Origin: Phoronis australis
Taxonomy: Eukaryota; Animalia; Phoronida
Length of the DNA: 64,000 nucleotides
Assembly: GCA_002633005.1 (NCBI GenBank)
Contig: NMRA01000521.1
Coordinates: forward strand, 69,446 to 133,445
Direction: 5' to 3'
Within the stretch, counting starts at the first letter, position 1. Each line of letters opens with the position of its first letter. The notes under the pieces are model-generated. The model saw only the letters and a list, made by a program, of their open reading frames with translations. It was not told the origin of the DNA and did not search any database. The position numbers and the translations under genes were made by a program. Positions 25,596 to 38,700 of the stretch are shown piece by piece.

Positions 25596-26814
25596 AGGCA
25601 GAATGTAATAGACCTCTTTATAGATTGCCGCCATTTTAACAATTATGCGCAATAGCTTGTGGGGATATTTTTGGTGTTCGGAGGAGATTCCCCTGCAGAT
25701 TTAGTAGCGTGAATTAAGTGAATGTAAAATATTTTAATGTTCTGTGTTATAGTAAAAACGCACTTCGCCACAATCATAACATAGTTTCTAAAAAGGGCAT
25801 AAACGATTTTAGTGAAATAGTCTGAGTTTATCTGAGTATTTTTTCCAAGCAATGTCAGCTAATCTTTTGCACTTGACGTTATTTGGTTTTCCATTTAAGT
25901 TTAAACCCACGCCTGCTTTGATTTAGGAAATATGTGAAAGAACGCCCCTAGAGAGTATTCTTTTTTTCTGAAAATCGCTGATGGAAATAAGGCATTGTTT
26001 GGGAAGCAATTTAATTTTCGAACGCTAAGCATAACTGAATGCATTATGCAACAAATTCCGTTAACGATAAAAACGTGTATTGTCGTTCTGTCAACACAAA
26101 AACACAGCAATCGACATGAATAATAACATTATTTGAAACAACACAGAATCTTCATCATCGTAAATACAAAGGATACAACTCAGTCCAAAAGTTCAAATTC
26201 TTGTGGAAATATCCAGAGCAAATTTTAGTTCAAAGTCACTAAAAGCTTTTTAAAACCCAGCTCACGCAAATTTCTAATTTTCAATGAGCGTTCTTTCGGG
26301 TGCAATTTTCGGAAAATTTTAATAGACGATAAGTAAAGCCTACAATTTTCTACTGAAAAGGAAGCGTAATTGCTTGAACTCGATGTAAACTAATGAGCAA
26401 GCGCGTACGTGCATATATACGCACAAAAGGTCAGGTGTGCCAAACGAGCGTGTATCTTTCATTGGCAAGAATCGTCAATGCATTGGACGAACCGAATACC
26501 AGTGCATATCTTTTATTGAAGAGATGCGTCAGAGCAAAATTTTAAAACATTGTTTCACTCATTTACTTTGCGTATACGCGCTAGCACCTAATTTCGAATA
26601 TAAACATATTCTTTGAATATAGGAGCATGGCTCTAAATACGCGCATATACCGTAAAAAAACTTTGTTCTTATCAGTGATGGAATTCGGCAGAAATCTTTT
26701 CGGACTTATATTCATTAGGTCACGTGATGTGACAAAAAAGATGGCTTGCTGACGGGACAAAATAATCGCGACACTTTAAAACTTTTAGAATGCTCTTTCG
26801 CATTTTGAAGTGAG

Positions 26815-27290
26815 CGGTTATACTATCTTGGTAGGCTACATGTACTTCAGTGACTCCCGCAGTTATAATATCTTGGTAGGCTACTTTAGTGACTCCCGCG
26901 GTTATACTATCTTGGTAGGCTACTTCAGTGACTCCCGCAGTTACATGTATATCTTGGTAGGCTACTTCAGTGACTCCCGNCGACGGCCGGTCGTCGACCA
27001 ATTTCCGACCGGTCGGCCAAAAATTCGTGATGTGTGCTGTACTTCAGTGACTCCCGCGGTTATACTATCTTGGTAGGCTGCTTCAGTGACTCTCGCGGAT
27101 ATACTATCTTGGTAGGCTACTTCAGTGACTCTCGCGGTAATACTATCTTGTGAGGCTACTTCAGTGACTCTCGCTGTTATACTATCTTGGTAGGCTACTT
27201 CAGTGACTCCCGCGGTTATACTATCTTGGTAGGCTACTTCAGTGACTCTCGCGGTTATACAATCTTGGTAGGCTACTTCAGTGACTCTCG
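26815..27290. repeat. 39-bp minisatellite (CTTCAGTGACTCCCGCGGTTATACTATCTTGGTAGGCTA)n interrupted by an assembly N and a short insert
   Basis: About 10 units directly visible; N at 26980. Confidence 0.9.
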
Positions 27291-27840
27291 CCTTCAGGGA
27301 AATTAGTTAAACACTAGTTAACGTTAGCAATACTGCATTCTGTTACCGGATATATAGCAAACGTCAAGCATCAAACTTCACGAAGGTTTATAAATGGTAA
27401 TTTATATGCGAATCGAATTGCCGTCGCTTTTTGCTTTCCTCAGTTCCCGTCGGCTCTTGAACACTGTCGGCCGGGGCAATTACTTTTCGGACTCTCGGCC
27501 CTTAAAACTATCGTTCAAACCTTCAACAACTTTTTAGTTTTCGTGTACGCCACAGAGCACCCCTCAATCTTGAAATAATGTTTTAAGCCCGTGAACATCC
27601 ATTGAATTTAAAATATTGAATAACACATCGTCAACTACAATTTTCCCACAGTGAACTCCAAAATATAACCCATATTGCATTGCATGTCTGGAGGCGCCAC
27701 CCTAGCGAATGATTTACGAAATGCTATCAACAATAAGGTGTATCGTCCCGTCTGCCTCTCACTGAATGGCAGATTCAAACTTTTTGGGAGGCTTCGAGGA
27801 ATTCTTAAATAAATACAGTTTGAAAAAATGTTAACTTAAA

Positions 27841-28087
27841 ACGCGCGCACCCGGAGGGGGGGGCTCGGGGGGCTCGAACGAGCCCCCTCATTTGGCGAAA
27901 TGGGCAAAAAGGTCCGCCCCTGAGATGCAAAAAGTCCGACAAAACGGGACAAAAGTCCCTAAATAAGCGCAAACGCACAATTCCCAGTGGTGCTCCCGTT
28001 TTTTTTTAGTCCGCCGCTCTTTTGTTAGCAAAAGGTCCACGACGACTGGAATTAGAGCCCCCATGGTGAAGGCTAGGTGCGCGCATG
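27841..28087. mobile_element. GC-rich MITE (family 1), inverted copy
   Basis: ACGCGCGCACCC ... GGCTAGGTGCGCGCATG; shares TTGGCGAA.TGGGCAAAAAGGTCCGCC with the 11061 copy (reverse complement). Confidence 0.65.
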
Positions 28088-28796
28088 AATAAGTGTCTCA
28101 ACTTTATAAGCCAATAATAAAAATGTGAAATTCGGAACATCTACGTTAACGTACTACTCTCTCCCTAATTGTAGCAGGACGAGGTCATTGACAACGAGAT
28201 CACGCTCACAATCCGCTGTTTCAGATCACGTTCTCATGCCATTTTCAGTTTCTGACCACCAGACTTGAGCTAGAGCAGATTTCCGTGTCCGTATGTCTTA
28301 TGGGAAAGTCATTTAGCGGCGTAATATGATTATGAAGTGAGAAAAAAGCGCAAATATACATCTATTGCCACAGGTCGTGGATCGAGGGGATTGCGTGTCG
28401 TGGGTCGTATTGTTGTGGGTCGAGCGGATCGTGGGTCAAGGGGATCGTGGTGTATGGAAGTCGAGGGGGTTTTAGAACAATCCTTTTTGCAGCAATGTTC
28501 CTATGGTCAATTCGCTTGATGAAATCAGTTTGAAAGTTTTTCAAGGTACTGTTGCATAATCTATGTAAATAAAGGCAGCCATTACTAAAAATTCTGAAAA
28601 TTCTCTTTCTGCCCATAACTTTCGTATAGGGACGCTAAATGTCGCTAGTTGTGGTATTTGTACTAAATCTGCCATTACATCATTATTTTAATTACTTTGT
28701 AATTTACATCAAACATTTCAAATTCCAGTTTTTTCTGATACCTATGGTGGATCTAGTAGATGACCAAACTCTTTAATTGCGTAAACCCGGGACAAT

Positions 28797-28948
28797 AGCC
28801 TCTCCAGTAGGAGACAGTAGCCTCTCCAGTAGGAGGCAGTAGCCTCTCCAGTAGGAGACAGTAGCCTATCCAGTAGGAGACAGTAGCCTCTCCAGTAGGA
28901 GACAGTAGCCTCTCCAGTAGGAGACAGTAGCCTCTCCAGTAGGAGACA
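28797..28948. repeat. 22-bp minisatellite (AGCCTCTCCAGTAGGAGACAGT) x~7 with an internal hairpin TCTCC-AGTA-GGAGA
   Basis: Period of 22 (TCTCC at 28801, 28823...) with no spacers. Confidence 0.9.
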
Positions 28949-29865
28949 ATCACAAGGTGTTTGAAATTGCCAATTCAAGACTCAGAACACAAGCACACTT
29001 GCTGTGTAACATGCCCAAAATATTCTGCAGGCGAGACAATTGACGCTCCAGTTGCATCTACTTGAATCACATGCAGTCACACCTTATCATCTCCAGTATG
29101 CAAACGCAGTTAAGTTGGACACCACCTGGAATTGTAATTTCTAAGAGTGAATTGTTTATTAGAGAAGTACTCTACATATGGCGCCATCTTATTCACTTAG
29201 TTGTCCTGCAGATGGCGCTACTTTACCTATTGGGACGCTCGCTAGTCCCCTGCGTGCCTAGCCAGCACATATCACGCAGTGGCACAGGCTTTAGCATTGG
29301 GTGATGTAACCTCAGCAGTCATTGGTTAGCTTTACAAAACCGTGAAAAAGTGGCCGACTGTGAACGATTTTTAACCTTATCATGCAAGTGGCCTCGTAGC
29401 AACTACATGTACTTCGTTTCTGCAGTGATGTTTTATAGCCGCGTGCTTGAAGCACATACATGTGCAATAAACAGCGATTTAACAGGTGTGTTATTCATAC
29501 TGTATAAGTACAGGACCGTATCGTAAACAAAAGTCATCGACAGTAGAAAGATGCTTTCCGAAAAGGCGCAACCACAATTCCTAGGATTCACATTTCCTGA
29601 CTTTTAATTTTAAGCACCGATTTGTCTGTACAGCAGACCTTTCATTTCGACTTCAGTCCATCAGTCATGCCAGCATAGACTAAAGAGTATCTATGATGCC
29701 AGTTTGTTTGCGTAAAGCGCTGTCTTTTGAGAATTCTACTAGCCAATCAGAAACGCCGGTGTAAAAAAAAATTCCCGAGGTCATTCAACTTGCAATAAAA
29801 TTAAACTGCAAAAAGTACCTGAGGTTATTCTCTATGACCGCACAGCCACTGACAACAGACACACG

Positions 29866-32720
29866 ATGCCAGAATTCTGTCCCTTCCCTGGGTGTGTCTA
29901 CGACACTGGAAGTGTAGACACAACTCTGGCCATCGAGCTTCTCAAAATCCATGGTCTTACACATACAGTGTACAGTAGTCCCGGCTGTCACACCAGTACA
30001 GCAGCTAAGATTGAAAATGTCAGCCGACCTAAGATAAGCTCCGCTGACTGGAAATATTTTACTACGCGGTGCCAAGAGTATGTCGAAGCCACAGGCATCA
30101 CTGTAAACAAAGGACTGTACAATTTTTAGAATGCCGTGATGAGAAGTTACGTAAAGACGTCATACTCAAAACGATTGGACCAGTTACGGCACAAGACATG
30201 GGCAAGTTACATGTATGTCCACGATGTAGAAACTCGCAGTGCATGAGATAACCGGGGCTGACTTACACGCTTTACACAAGACTGCCGTGGAGCCTGTGCG
30301 CGCGTTTGCCGCCCAAGTGAGAGGCCAGGCAACCATATGCAATTACGAGATCGCTTGTCCCCAATGCAACCACCTGGTCGACTACACTGACGTGGCCATG
30401 ACCGATATCGTCAGCCAGGGACTCTCCGACAAGGACACACAACTTGATCCTCTTGAAGACTCCAGTCTATCACCTACCCACGAAGAAGTCCTTCAATTTG
30501 CTGAAAAGAAGGAGTCAGGCAAACATTCATTCAGCCGCTTTGCAGGATAAACCCTTGTTAATGCCTGTCAAGCACCTAAAAGAAGAGACAGTACAACTCA
30601 CGACCAACCAAACCTGAGGCCGAAACAACACCCAAGCTACAACTTATGTACGTACTGTGGCCAGGCTGGACACGGGTCAAAATGTCCCTCTAGAGTTCGT
30701 CGAACATCATGCCCGGTTTTTCAGCAAACGTGTGAGAAGTGAAGTGTAATTTGAAAAAAATCGTTTTGCCACTGTTTGCCGGGGTGCCACATTTGACACC
30801 TTCTACGGCATAACTGACATACCCTTAGACCATCACATCTTTGATCACGACAAAGCCATTTGGCAGAAACAGAGGTCCCTGCCTCAACCCACGATCAAAC
30901 TCAACATTAAGGTCATTGTGGATGACAACCCATTGCTCGGTGCCGAATCCAAGGCTAACCTGCTATCCAACGCAACAATAACTAAATACATCTCTGACAC
31001 AGGATGCCAGATTTGTCTGGAAGGTACCCACATTCTCACCGAACTCGGCTTGCGCATGTCCGACCTCCTCCCTGTGCACATGACTGTGAAGGCTGCCGAC
31101 AACTGTGAGACAAACATCCTCGGACCCGTCATTGCACAGTCCACACCTCTCCGGAACCACAACACCAAGCCGCAGCGCGAAAAAAGTGGTGTATGTATCT
31201 GATTCAACTATCAGCTTCTTCCTGAGCCGACAGGCGTGTCTGGATTTACGGATCATCAATAAGAACTTCGAGAGCGTTGGCGAGTGCGCAGCAACCACCA
31301 ACGACGCAAAGTTTTGCTCTCGTCCTCCTCGTGAGAAGCCACCTATACCACCAACGAAACTCCGTTCTCCGGCCACGCCCGATAACCGTGAACGTCTCCA
31401 ACAGTGGCTTCTTGACTATTACGTATCCTCTTTCTTCAACATATGCCAGCACACGGCACTTCCAGTTATGGATAGCAATCCCCTTCGTCTTATGGTCGAC
31501 CTCACAAAAGATCCGAAAGCATATGACACACCTATACCTATCCGTGTTAACTGGAAGGACCAGATCATGGCAGATCTCGACCGTGGTGTCAGCTTTGGGT
31601 TATTAAACAAGTCCTGGTTGGCGAACCTGTCACGTGCGGCCATTGGATGGTCATCTGTGCCAAGAAAAACGGGGTACTCAGATGCAGTGTAGACTTTCAG
31701 CTATTAAATGTGCAGAGCAGCCAGAGAGGCCCACCACACCCAGTCACTCTTCCACTTTGTGAGGTCCGTTTCCAGCAATACCCAAAATGTGTCTGCGGCG
31801 CTTGCAACGGGCTATCGCATCTAACTCCATTCATCACACTCTGGGGATGGTATCGCTACTGCGTCTTCCTCAAGGGTGCGTTGACTCTGGTGATGCCTAC
31901 ACTCGTCGCTTCGATGACCTCATAGCCCATCTCCCCGACAAGGTGATATGTGTTGGCAACATACTCTAATGCTTAGATTCGAATTCCTCCAGTTTCCATC
32001 AGACGACCCTCTTCTTGGAAACGTGCGGCAACAACGGTATAACACTGAACCCTGATAAATTCGGTTCACCAATTACTCTGTTGAATTTGTAGGGTTCTAG
32101 ATTACCATTAAACGTGTACAAACTAGCCAGAAGTACCTTGCTGTTCAACAAGACTTCCCAAGCCCCAATTCTACCACTGAGTTCGGCTCGTGCCTTGGTC
32201 TGCTGAACCAAGTTGGTAATGCATTTTCCATGGCAAGCGTGATGGCACAATTTTGTGAACTTAAGCCAAGAAAGAAATTTTACTAGAACGACACCCTTGA
32301 AGACAACCAAGGCATCCAAAGACAACATTATTGAAGAAATTTGCCGTCGGGTGCACATCTTCGACAAGAAGAGGCCAACGTGCGTTGCCAGTGACTGGAC
32401 GAAGGAAGCAATCGCCTTTTTTGCTACTACAACAACACTGCAGTCACAAGCCTGCGAAGACACTATTTTGCTGCACCGAGGGATGGAAAGTTCCACTGGT
32501 GGGAGGTCGATTCATTCACCCTGCTGAGTCGAGATACTCCCCAATAGAAGGTGAATCCCACGCTGTAGCGAACGCTCTTGACCGGGCTATGGATTTTGTC
32601 CTTTGTTGTACCCAAATTGTCGTTGCAGTCGATCATAAACCACTGCTTGGCGTCTTTGGTCCAAGACCACTGGACGAGATCAGCAACCCTGCGTTCGAAA
32701 TCACAACTCAGTTTCGGGAG
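29866..32720 (+). mobile_element. Degenerate Ty3/Gypsy LTR retrotransposon gag-pol remnant (no integrase or LTRs recognised)
   Basis: gag (CPFPGC...RPKI...WKYFTTR); zinc knuckle CTYCGQAGHGSKC ~30647; protease ISDTGCQICL; RT (KKNGVLRCSVDFQLLN, FITLWGWYRY, PQGCVDSGDAYTRRFDDL, decayed 'CVGNIL' for YVDDxL); RNase H (ASDW, RFIHPAESRYSPIEGE, VDHKPLLG); many frameshifts and stops. Confidence 0.9.
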
Positions 32721-35700
32721 CGTCCGATTGCATGGCACGATCGCCATCGGGCACCCGATTCTCCGCCAAGTACCACCTTGAAGACGATGGTGACTCCATC
32801 CAACCCGAACCCAATAAAGTTGAACTGCAAAGAAATATCTGAAGACTTTTTTTCTATTTATAACACCTTTCTTCCATACATAGTCCTCTGGGTGTAGTGG
32901 TGGAACTTACTTTAAACACTTGATGGAACTATGCTCAACCGCCATCTTGAGTTGGTCTCCTACTGTCCTTAACGGCTTCGTCCCTAAACCAAAACCATCT
33001 CTAGTAGGTGGGACAACAGAGCTGATCAGGCTCTGTCTGACGGTTGTTGGTGGTGTTGCTGTTGGTATTGCATCCAAATCCAACAAGATGCCTGTTCAGC
33101 TTCAGTAGCTACGTCGCGTAGAAGAGCCTTCTTTCCTGACACGGAGTCTCCAAGAGACCTAGCCATGGTAATGATCGAACTGGCCGTGACTAGTAATGCT
33201 TGTACCGACTGGCTTGACTTGTAATGGACTTTGTTTACATTCTCGGTCACAGTGTACACAGTTTGAGGGCAGGCGTATACATGTATCCCTTGTAGATTTT
33301 CTTTTCCATAGTAGTAGTCTGGTCCCAAACATCTTCCCCATTTTCTTCATTTCAATCAGACACATATAAATGTGGTGACTTGTTTGGCTACATGAGAAAA
33401 TTGTACACCAGCCTAACGACAGACAGGTCATGTCCAGCTTTCAATGTTTTAAAAATCTGGATCACTATCCAACTTCATTGTAGCATGTCACTGTGTCACA
33501 CGCTTACGGGGCATGGCCAGGGAGGAAACACTTCACAGCTTCGCTACACATTTCCACCGTCAACTTTACATCTACAACTTTTCTACGCTTACTAAGTGAT
33601 TCCATGGTTGTAGTATTTAAATGTGTTGATTTTCGTAGCATCATGTTTGCATTCACCCAGTCATATTTAATTTAATCTGCGTTTTTGCTGAACACACACT
33701 ACACAAACCATATGCTGAGCACACACTACACAAACCATTTGTTGAGCACACACTACACAAACCATTTTCTCCCTTCATCTTAAAAAAGGATTCTTCAAGT
33801 TTTTAATGCTAAAACGTGCAGCAGATTTCATTGAATTCATAGGCCTCAGAAACCTTGGTACCTATGTTAATATAACTACATAACTTATGGTGTCGGATGC
33901 AGCAGTAATAAGGACAATTAGAATTTTGAATATTGACAGTTCCAAATGTGTAAATTATCAATTATGCAAATTCATGATGACTACGAAAACATGAGATATG
34001 ATATACTAATAATAACGTATTACCTGTAAGTACGTTTTGAGCAGAAGCAATATTTCGAATAATGTTGGCGTTTATTTGCACAAATTAGGCAAATTGATCA
34101 TTCTAAAGCTTTTAAAGTGATTTCATTACAATACAAACAGAAGCATTAAAATAATTTACCCCCAGTGCCTGATAGTTCAGCAATAAGCACAATTATAAAA
34201 TTTTGAATAATGGTGGCCTGAATTTCAATAAATTATCCAAATTCACGATATTTTCACCATTAACCAAGCTGAATTGAATTCACTCCAAGAGGAAACAAAG
34301 GTGAAAACATTAAAATAACCTTCCAGTACGACTCTCTGTCTCTGTCTCCGTCTCCCTCCCTCTTCATCACTCCCTCCCTCCTAGCCTCCCTACACCCATG
34401 TTAAATAAACACGGAGTCAGCACAAATACGTTAGCCATCTCAGCCGGCTGCTCTCTTGCGTTGTTTATTCGGTAGCAATGTACAAATAAGACTTCAAGTT
34501 TTAAAATCTTGAATACCATTACGCCACTGTTCAGCACAAAATCGGTGGATAACTACTTGACTGTCTATGTTGGGCTTGTGAGCCTACGTGCTGATCTGAT
34601 CACAAATCAAAATTTGGAAAGCACTAGTTTATGCGCATCTCTTCTTGTTATCCTGATCTTCCTAGAGTCCTTCCAGAAGTCAGACTCACTCTGCTGAAAA
34701 ATGGCGGCTGCAAGAGCTCTTTTTAGCAAAAAAGTAAAGTACAGTAGACCAATAAGAATGCTTGCCAAATAATAAACTGACCAAACAGGGAGTCCTTTGA
34801 ACCGAAACGTTTACATACATGACTTCTGAGTTAGACAAAAGGGGATGGGGGGAAAAAACTTCGCTGTTATGCTAAGCACAAAGCCATGCACTGAGGTGAC
34901 TGGCATCTATACAAGACAATGGAACAGAGATTAAACTAACATAATTAAGAGAATATATTTCCGGGTTTCAAATAGTTACTTTCATCAGGGAAAACGACAT
35001 TTGGTTTTACTAGTAAAAACTGTTTGATATGGGCATCTCCAGGAGTCGGTACAGAAATGTTGTTGTGCAACTAAAGAAATCTCAATAAAGTAAACAAGTC
35101 AAAATAGCATGAACAATTATACATATCTTTTCATCCTTTGTAACATTTCGGTTTTAGGACGGATGCGGCAATTAGCCTTCTGAGAATGAAATCAAATATA
35201 GTGATGCTTTTTATTGATGCTTAAATTACTGTTTCCCTCGCGTTATGCATTATGATCCACCCGTTTCACATAGGAAGGAAGACATTCTTTCTTACTGGTA
35301 CTCTGGGTGTGAATGTGCGTGGCATTTACAATGTAGGTGTAACAATTCATGTAGATATCGATCGGATAAAGATAAAACTTGTGCGTTTTGTGCACTTTAT
35401 CATGTGGTCTTATGCACTGTGCATGTATCGGTACAATTAGCTTGCAACGCCGAATTTAGTTATTCGTTTACTTATTATAAGACCTCCTCAAGGGAGAAAG
35501 AGATAAAATAAAGTGAATAACTGAAAATAGACATACCCGTATTCAAAGTAAGTTAAAATGCTCTGGTCACGGTCTAATTAGACAAAACGTAGCCGACGCT
35601 GGATTAGAGATGTTATTCGAGCGAAGGAGAAGTTTGACAGAATCCACAATACCATTATTACTCTCAAATGACCTTGACCGGTGTGGGGCAGATGATATGA

Positions 35701-38700
35701 CAGACCAATAGGAGACAACCCAAAACCAATTATCATAGCGGGAGGGTCCCGGGAACAACCTCTCCGCAAGTGCATTGTCAGTAGATATGTGCACGGAAAG
35801 TCCACACGACAGATGCACCTAAATAAACCAGCAGTAGAATTATGTATAACCGACTGAACACTCGAGATGCCAAGGACTCTCGCTAACAAGGTACGGTGAT
35901 TTCTGTCACCAAATTCGCAAAACTGTTTAACAGCACTACCAGGAATTAATGACAGGAGAGAATATCTCGCGCATTAATTCACTAGTCTTTTGTTGAAGTG
36001 AGATTAATAAGTCGATCAACATGATTTAAAGATTTCTCTTTATTTCACACTTGCTGAATTTCATGGTACTGTTGTTGGGTGGATGCGGCAAATTATACAT
36101 TGTGAATGTAAATATTGGGCAAATGCTTTATTGTGAGTTATTAATTGAAAGGTGAAGAAATAACAGTATATTATGCTATTGACAACAAGGATGGTTACTT
36201 GTTCATTTTAACATTAGCTTACATGTAGTTGATTTTGGATGTCGCCTTGGACTTCGTTTGAAAGTTAAAATTTGGAATTGTATTGCATTGGGTTACTCAT
36301 AGATCATATTTTCGATACTTGTTTTTGATAAGAACCTATGTCTTATACAAAATTGAGAAAAACCTAATTAAACCGCCCTGCCTGACCAACATTAACAGAC
36401 TACAGGTAGTATCACCGTTGTTCTGACTTAGTCGTTTCTTATCTGTCGTTGCTCCGATTGCATACATGTACTGTAAATTTAGGGGAAAGCTAGCCGCAAA
36501 GAAACAAGACTAGCGTGAGATCGGTAGATTAGCGTCTCAAGTGTTTTCATTATTATCATAAAGACAATGGCAAGCCTTTATCGGCAACTGTGTGATGTAA
36601 GGCACAGGTACGCTGTTCATAACACTTGTATTTTTTGTATCGAACAAAAGCGTAACCAAGGGAATCAATATTTCGATAGGTGACAACCATGCTACCAGTT
36701 TACGTATGTAGCATGGCTCTCGCGACTTGCATGCTACACCATTTTGTCTTGGGTCAGACATCATCCTGCACACAAGGTAAAGGTTTAGCAGTACATGTCC
36801 TGTCATCAACTTCAAATTAGTCTGAACGCTCACCAGTGCGTCCTATATTCAGCATAACGAGCGGTTATTAGACGTGGACTACATGTCCGCTTAGTACACT
36901 GGAAACCAGTTTAGCCAAAAACACCCTTCAGTCGATTTGTTTGGCAATTTATGCGTAGAAATACCCCGTGTTTTTTATACCTTCAGTTGACCTTTGTTCA
37001 AGTGAACGTCGGTATGAGATCTACACTCAAATTTATTTACCCAAATAGCGCGCAATAAGACCTCCTGGCTCTCCGACTAATTTTATTTTCTCCTGCCTGT
37101 CGCAATACAAAAAAATTCACAAAAAACATGGATTTATTTTCTATAGTTTGTTAAAAAACGTAAAGAGCAAAACGTGAACACGGGGTTGGTCTTTTCTCTG
37201 GGTAAATGCAATCCACCATGGACAATATCCGTTGGACACCAAGACACGTGACTGTAGCTGGCACACATTGTAACAAAAAAACGACATTATTGGCCAATTA
37301 TTACCCAATCACGAATCGACATTTATGGATAAATACTGAGCCGCCAACATTCAGTAGGCACAGAAACTAAGCAGTGTATGATAGAGCATGGCAGCAAACA
37401 CAGGGTTGGGCTGTTCTAGTTGCGAAGAAATGAAAAAGGTGAGCAATCATTTCATCGTGTTAATCGTCAATTGGCCCTCGTAATCTGAGTATTATAGTTT
37501 TTTTGTTTGTTTGAACGTCATTTCTTTTTTCCGGTGGTAGCCTACAATGGGTTTTCGCCTACCTCTGCTAACCAGAGACGTGACTTCACAAACGGTAAAA
37601 GGGGGCGCTCTCTAGAATAAGTCTGTGACATCCGATTGATACCAACTCACATTCGGTGGACAGAAATTCAAGTAATGCATTGTGGATCATGAATATAAAA
37701 ATTACGTTCCACCGTATTGCCTCCAATTGTTTGATTAGTTTAAAGTTCACAGGATTTCACTGGCTTTGTTGCGGATACATCTTCGTAGTGGGAAATGTAT
37801 GTAATAGGATGTCCTTGCTCATCAATTGATATTTCAAGATACCCTTGGTAAACCCCACAGCACAGCAGTAGAATTTTGCTGTCATTACTGTAGCAGGAGG
37901 TATGTTAAAACGCTGTTTATTTCAGTAGGTTAAAACCTCCGGTCCGCATTAAATGGAATATGCAGGTGGCGTTGAACGCCAGTCTACCAAAGAGCTCATC
38001 GATTGCCGGATAGTGAGGGGGTTAGTGGATTTTTGTAGGGTGCGGGTATTTCGAAAATCAGCTATAAGGCTGAGGCAATTCGATGATTATTTCTAGGAGG
38101 AAATTGATCGTTTTCAAATTTAGTCATTACCTCTCTAATCTAGGCCACGTTGTAAAGCGTACGATTGGAGTAACAGTATTGTTAACGGACATGAACTAAT
38201 GGACAATTCTGATATGTTTATAACATTTTTCAAAGGGCGTTCATAAATTGTTAGTAATTTTATAACGACCAATAATGGACTTAGAGAAATCGAATGGAAT
38301 GGGTCTTTGTGTATCGACATGAAAATCGGTCGTTCCCGCATCGCGATTCAGTTACACTTCGATAACTGGTTGCACCCATCTTAACAAAACTCAGTCATGC
38401 AGTTATTTGAAAACGAGGGAGTTCTCACAAATGGTCAGCGGCCGATTGGAGCGTGGATAGGGAGTGCTGGTCAATCATTGAGGGAATGGATACTCAGTGA
38501 ATCTGGCCATCGCTTTATCAATAGTAACTAACATATCGGGTTTACGATGCTATATTGCAATTACGGGAAGGTGCTCAGGATGTGCATTTGAGACTTGAGG
38601 ATATTCGACGCGAGGTTAAGGGTAAACAGAGACGTTTTTCCTGGTGTGATTTGAAATCTGTGGAAACTGAAATTTTCATTAACTAGCTTTTTCCGGTATA

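Noticed and set aside
26815-27290. 39-bp repeat array as a CRISPR
   Set aside because: Units are head-to-tail with no unique spacers, the context is eukaryotic and there are no cas genes; it is a minisatellite.
28797-28948. 22-bp palindromic repeat as a CRISPR or as a repeat protein (ORFs 28742-28978, 28753-28953)
   Set aside because: No spacers; the period is not a multiple of 3, so the ORFs are artefacts.
38340-38630. Possible death-domain-like exon remnant (QLFENEG...IGAW...QSLREW)
   Set aside because: Multiple stops and only vague similarity; not supportable without an HMM search.
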